From the human T2T-CHM13v2.0 reference genome, Homo sapiens: DNA of 64,000 nucleotides. The number at the start of each line of letters is the position of its first letter. Within the stretch, counting starts at the first letter, position 1. The position numbers and the translations under genes are program-made. The notes below the pieces were generated by a model. That model worked only from the letters and a program-made list of their open reading frames with translations, made no database searches and had not been told where the DNA came from. The stretch is from NCBI RefSeq assembly GCF_009914755.1, contig NC_060947.1; one strand, given 5' to 3'. Shown here one piece after another: positions 61,157-64,000 of the stretch.

Positions 61157-61650
61157 TCTTTCTTAAATAAGAAGCATAATTTAATAAGGCAATAAAAATA
61201 TTTAAAATCAATGTGATAACAACACTGAATATTTTCTAATTGTTTAGAGACCATTTATTACCAATAAATTATTATAGCATCACCTGTAACCATGAGAAAC
61301 CACCCAGAAATACTTATATTCTAGAATGGAAAGATATCTTGTCATACTCTCATGACTGATTCTGATCAATTTTATTAATATTAAGATCCTGAGCAGGGTA
61401 CATATTTAAGCGAATAACATTTGAAGGGAAACTGCCCTTATACATACTCGTGCCCATTTTGACCTCTTCTTCAAGTGACAAAAGCTCAGTATAATTGGTT
61501 TCCCTAACCAAGAGAATCCTCTCCAATAAAATTAATGCCCAGGAGATCACACGAGCCACCTTCCTCACAAATGCCCATTTAGAGGGCCCAGTCTTAAATT
61601 GACCTCTCCAAAGTCCTTTGCTTTTTTAAAAAAGATATCTTTTTGTTTCT

Positions 61651-61960
<310 letters not shown>

Positions 61961-61971
61961 AAAAAGATATC

Positions 61972-62167
61972 TTTTTATTTCAATAGCTTTTGGGAGTACA
62001 AGTGGTTTTTGGTTACATGGATAAATTGTATAGTGGTGAAGTCTGAGATTTTGTACCCATCGTCTGAGTAGTGTCCATTGTACCCAATATGTAGTTTTTT
62101 ATCTCTCACCCCCACCCTCCACCTTCTGAGTCTCTGAAGTCCATTATATCACTCTACATGCCTTTGC
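61972..62167 (-). mobile_element. L1PB4-like 3' terminal fragment
   Basis: ttcaatagcttttgggagtacaagtggtttttggttacatggat. Confidence 0.85.
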
Positions 62168-62389
62168 AAGTCCATTTTATCACTCGACATGCCCTCATCC
62201 GTAAAAGAAAGTCTAAACTTTAAGCCTATTATTGGAAGCTTTTTATAATCTGATCCAAAGTTTTATAACCTTTATCTTCTACGACTTTTCTATACTTGCT
62301 CTTTGGTCCAGCTAACCCTGTCTACTTAATGACTTCAGAATGACTTTCCAATTCTCACCTCCAAATTTTGTTGATGTTATTATTCCTAG

Positions 62390-62600
62390 TAGAGTGGCAA
62401 AGTGGAAAAAGCATAAATTAAGTTCATTCTCACTCCCCGTTTGGCCACTTATTAGCTATGTGATCCATGTGAGCTTGAGCAGGTCTCTCAATCTTTCTTA
62501 ATACTGATTTTCCTATCTTTAAAATGAGAATATTAGTACCTACCTCTATTTTGATAGTTTAATACTCTATTTTAAGTACTAAATGAGATGGCTGATATGT
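62390..62600 (+). mobile_element. MIR
   Basis: ccacttattagctatgtga..ctatctttaaaatgagaatattagtacctacctc. Confidence 0.65.
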
Positions 62601-62966
62601 CTGACACATCATTCAGGATAAATATTCCTTTCTTATGAGGTTTTATCTTCACTTCTGCCTTGAATTTCCCACCATCTCTAAGCCTTCCTAAATCCTATTC
62701 TTCCTTCAGAGTCCCACTCAGGTCCTACATCTTGAAACCTTGTTAAACCACCCACTTCACCACTGAATTGGTCATTAATATCATACTGCTTGATGTTGCT
62801 TTTTAACTTTTTACTAGAATATCTTGCCTCCTCAGTGGTCTTGTAAATTCCTGCAGGGGAGGAACTATTTTTGTGTTTATTATACATCAACCACAGTGCA
62901 AGTTCATAGTAGATTTTGATAATGTGTTTCTTCATTAGGATGGGGGAACCCAACAAAACTCAATGG

Positions 62967-63522
62967 CAAGGCCAGCTACATAGCTGTGTGATATGGTTTG
63001 GCTCTGTGTCCCCACCCAAATCTCACCTGGAATTGTAATCCCCATAATCCCCATATGTCAAGGGTGGGACCAGGTGGAGGTAATTGGATCATGGGGGCAG
63101 TTTCCCCCATGCTGCTCTCCTGATAGTGAGTGAGTTCTCACAAGATCTGATGGTTTTATAAGCATCTGGCATTTCCCCTGCTTGTACTCACTCCATCTGC
63201 CACCCCGTGAAAAAAGTGCCTGCTTCTCCTTTGCTTTCCACTATGATTGTAAGTTTCCTGAGGCTTCCTTAGCAATGTGGAACTGTGAATGAATTAAACC
63301 TCTTTCCCTTACAAATTACCCAGTCTCAGGTATTTCTTCATAGCAGTGTGAGAATGGACTAATATAGTGTGCAACCTGTGCAGACAACAGGTTCCTATGT
63401 TCAGAAGGGCCCCAAGCTTGGTTTAATGCTTGGCTGTTACTGTCTTGGAATTCTTAGTAATTTATGAACAAAGGCCTTGCATTTTATCTCACATTAGGCT
63501 TTGTAGTTATGTAGCCAGTCCT
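62967..63522. mobile_element. MER45A-like MITE split by THE1
   Basis: caaggccagctacat | gtgcaacctgtgcag..gcttggtttaatgct..tatgtagccagtcct. Confidence 0.7.
62989..63366 (+). mobile_element. THE1D-like solo LTR
   Basis: tgatatggtttggctctgtgtcccc..ggactaatata; flanks ctgtg/gtgtg. Confidence 0.92.
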
Positions 63523-63724
63523 ATGTGAAGTCTCCCTGATTTGAGGAGACAGAATTCAGAATGCAGAGTAGCCAAGGTAGATAGAATGGAAGTATCATAA
63601 AAGAGAAAGCTATACGGAGAGGGGGCTCCAGAGATGTGCAGAGAGTTCCTCTCAAATCTTCGGCTAAGTACTTATGTGTGCATATGTATAAAGGGACTAC
63701 CCAAGTCTAGAGAAAGAATCACTG

Positions 63725-64000
<276 letters not shown>

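Overview
Human-type (primate) genomic DNA, repeat-rich and without a supportable protein-coding gene. A near-consensus AluYa5 points to human. The window holds about 25 Alus, five primate L1 (L1PA/L1PB) pieces, older L1M, L2 and MIR remnants, solo LTRs (THE1 x3, MLT1, MER51, MER11) and hAT/Tigger MITEs, often nested. The long ORFs in the track are L1 ORF2 remnants or chance and Alu-derived frames. I see no novel multi-gene system. The most unusual items are atypical retrotransposition structures with visible target-site duplications (TSDs): an internally deleted L1PB with extra 5' sequence, an AluJ-L1PB fusion, an Alu/L1/Alu composite and two 5'-inverted L1s. There is also an unexplained ~70-bp dispersed duplication and two candidate exons. 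Family names come from my recollection of consensus sequences, not from a database search, and boundaries of old elements are approximate.
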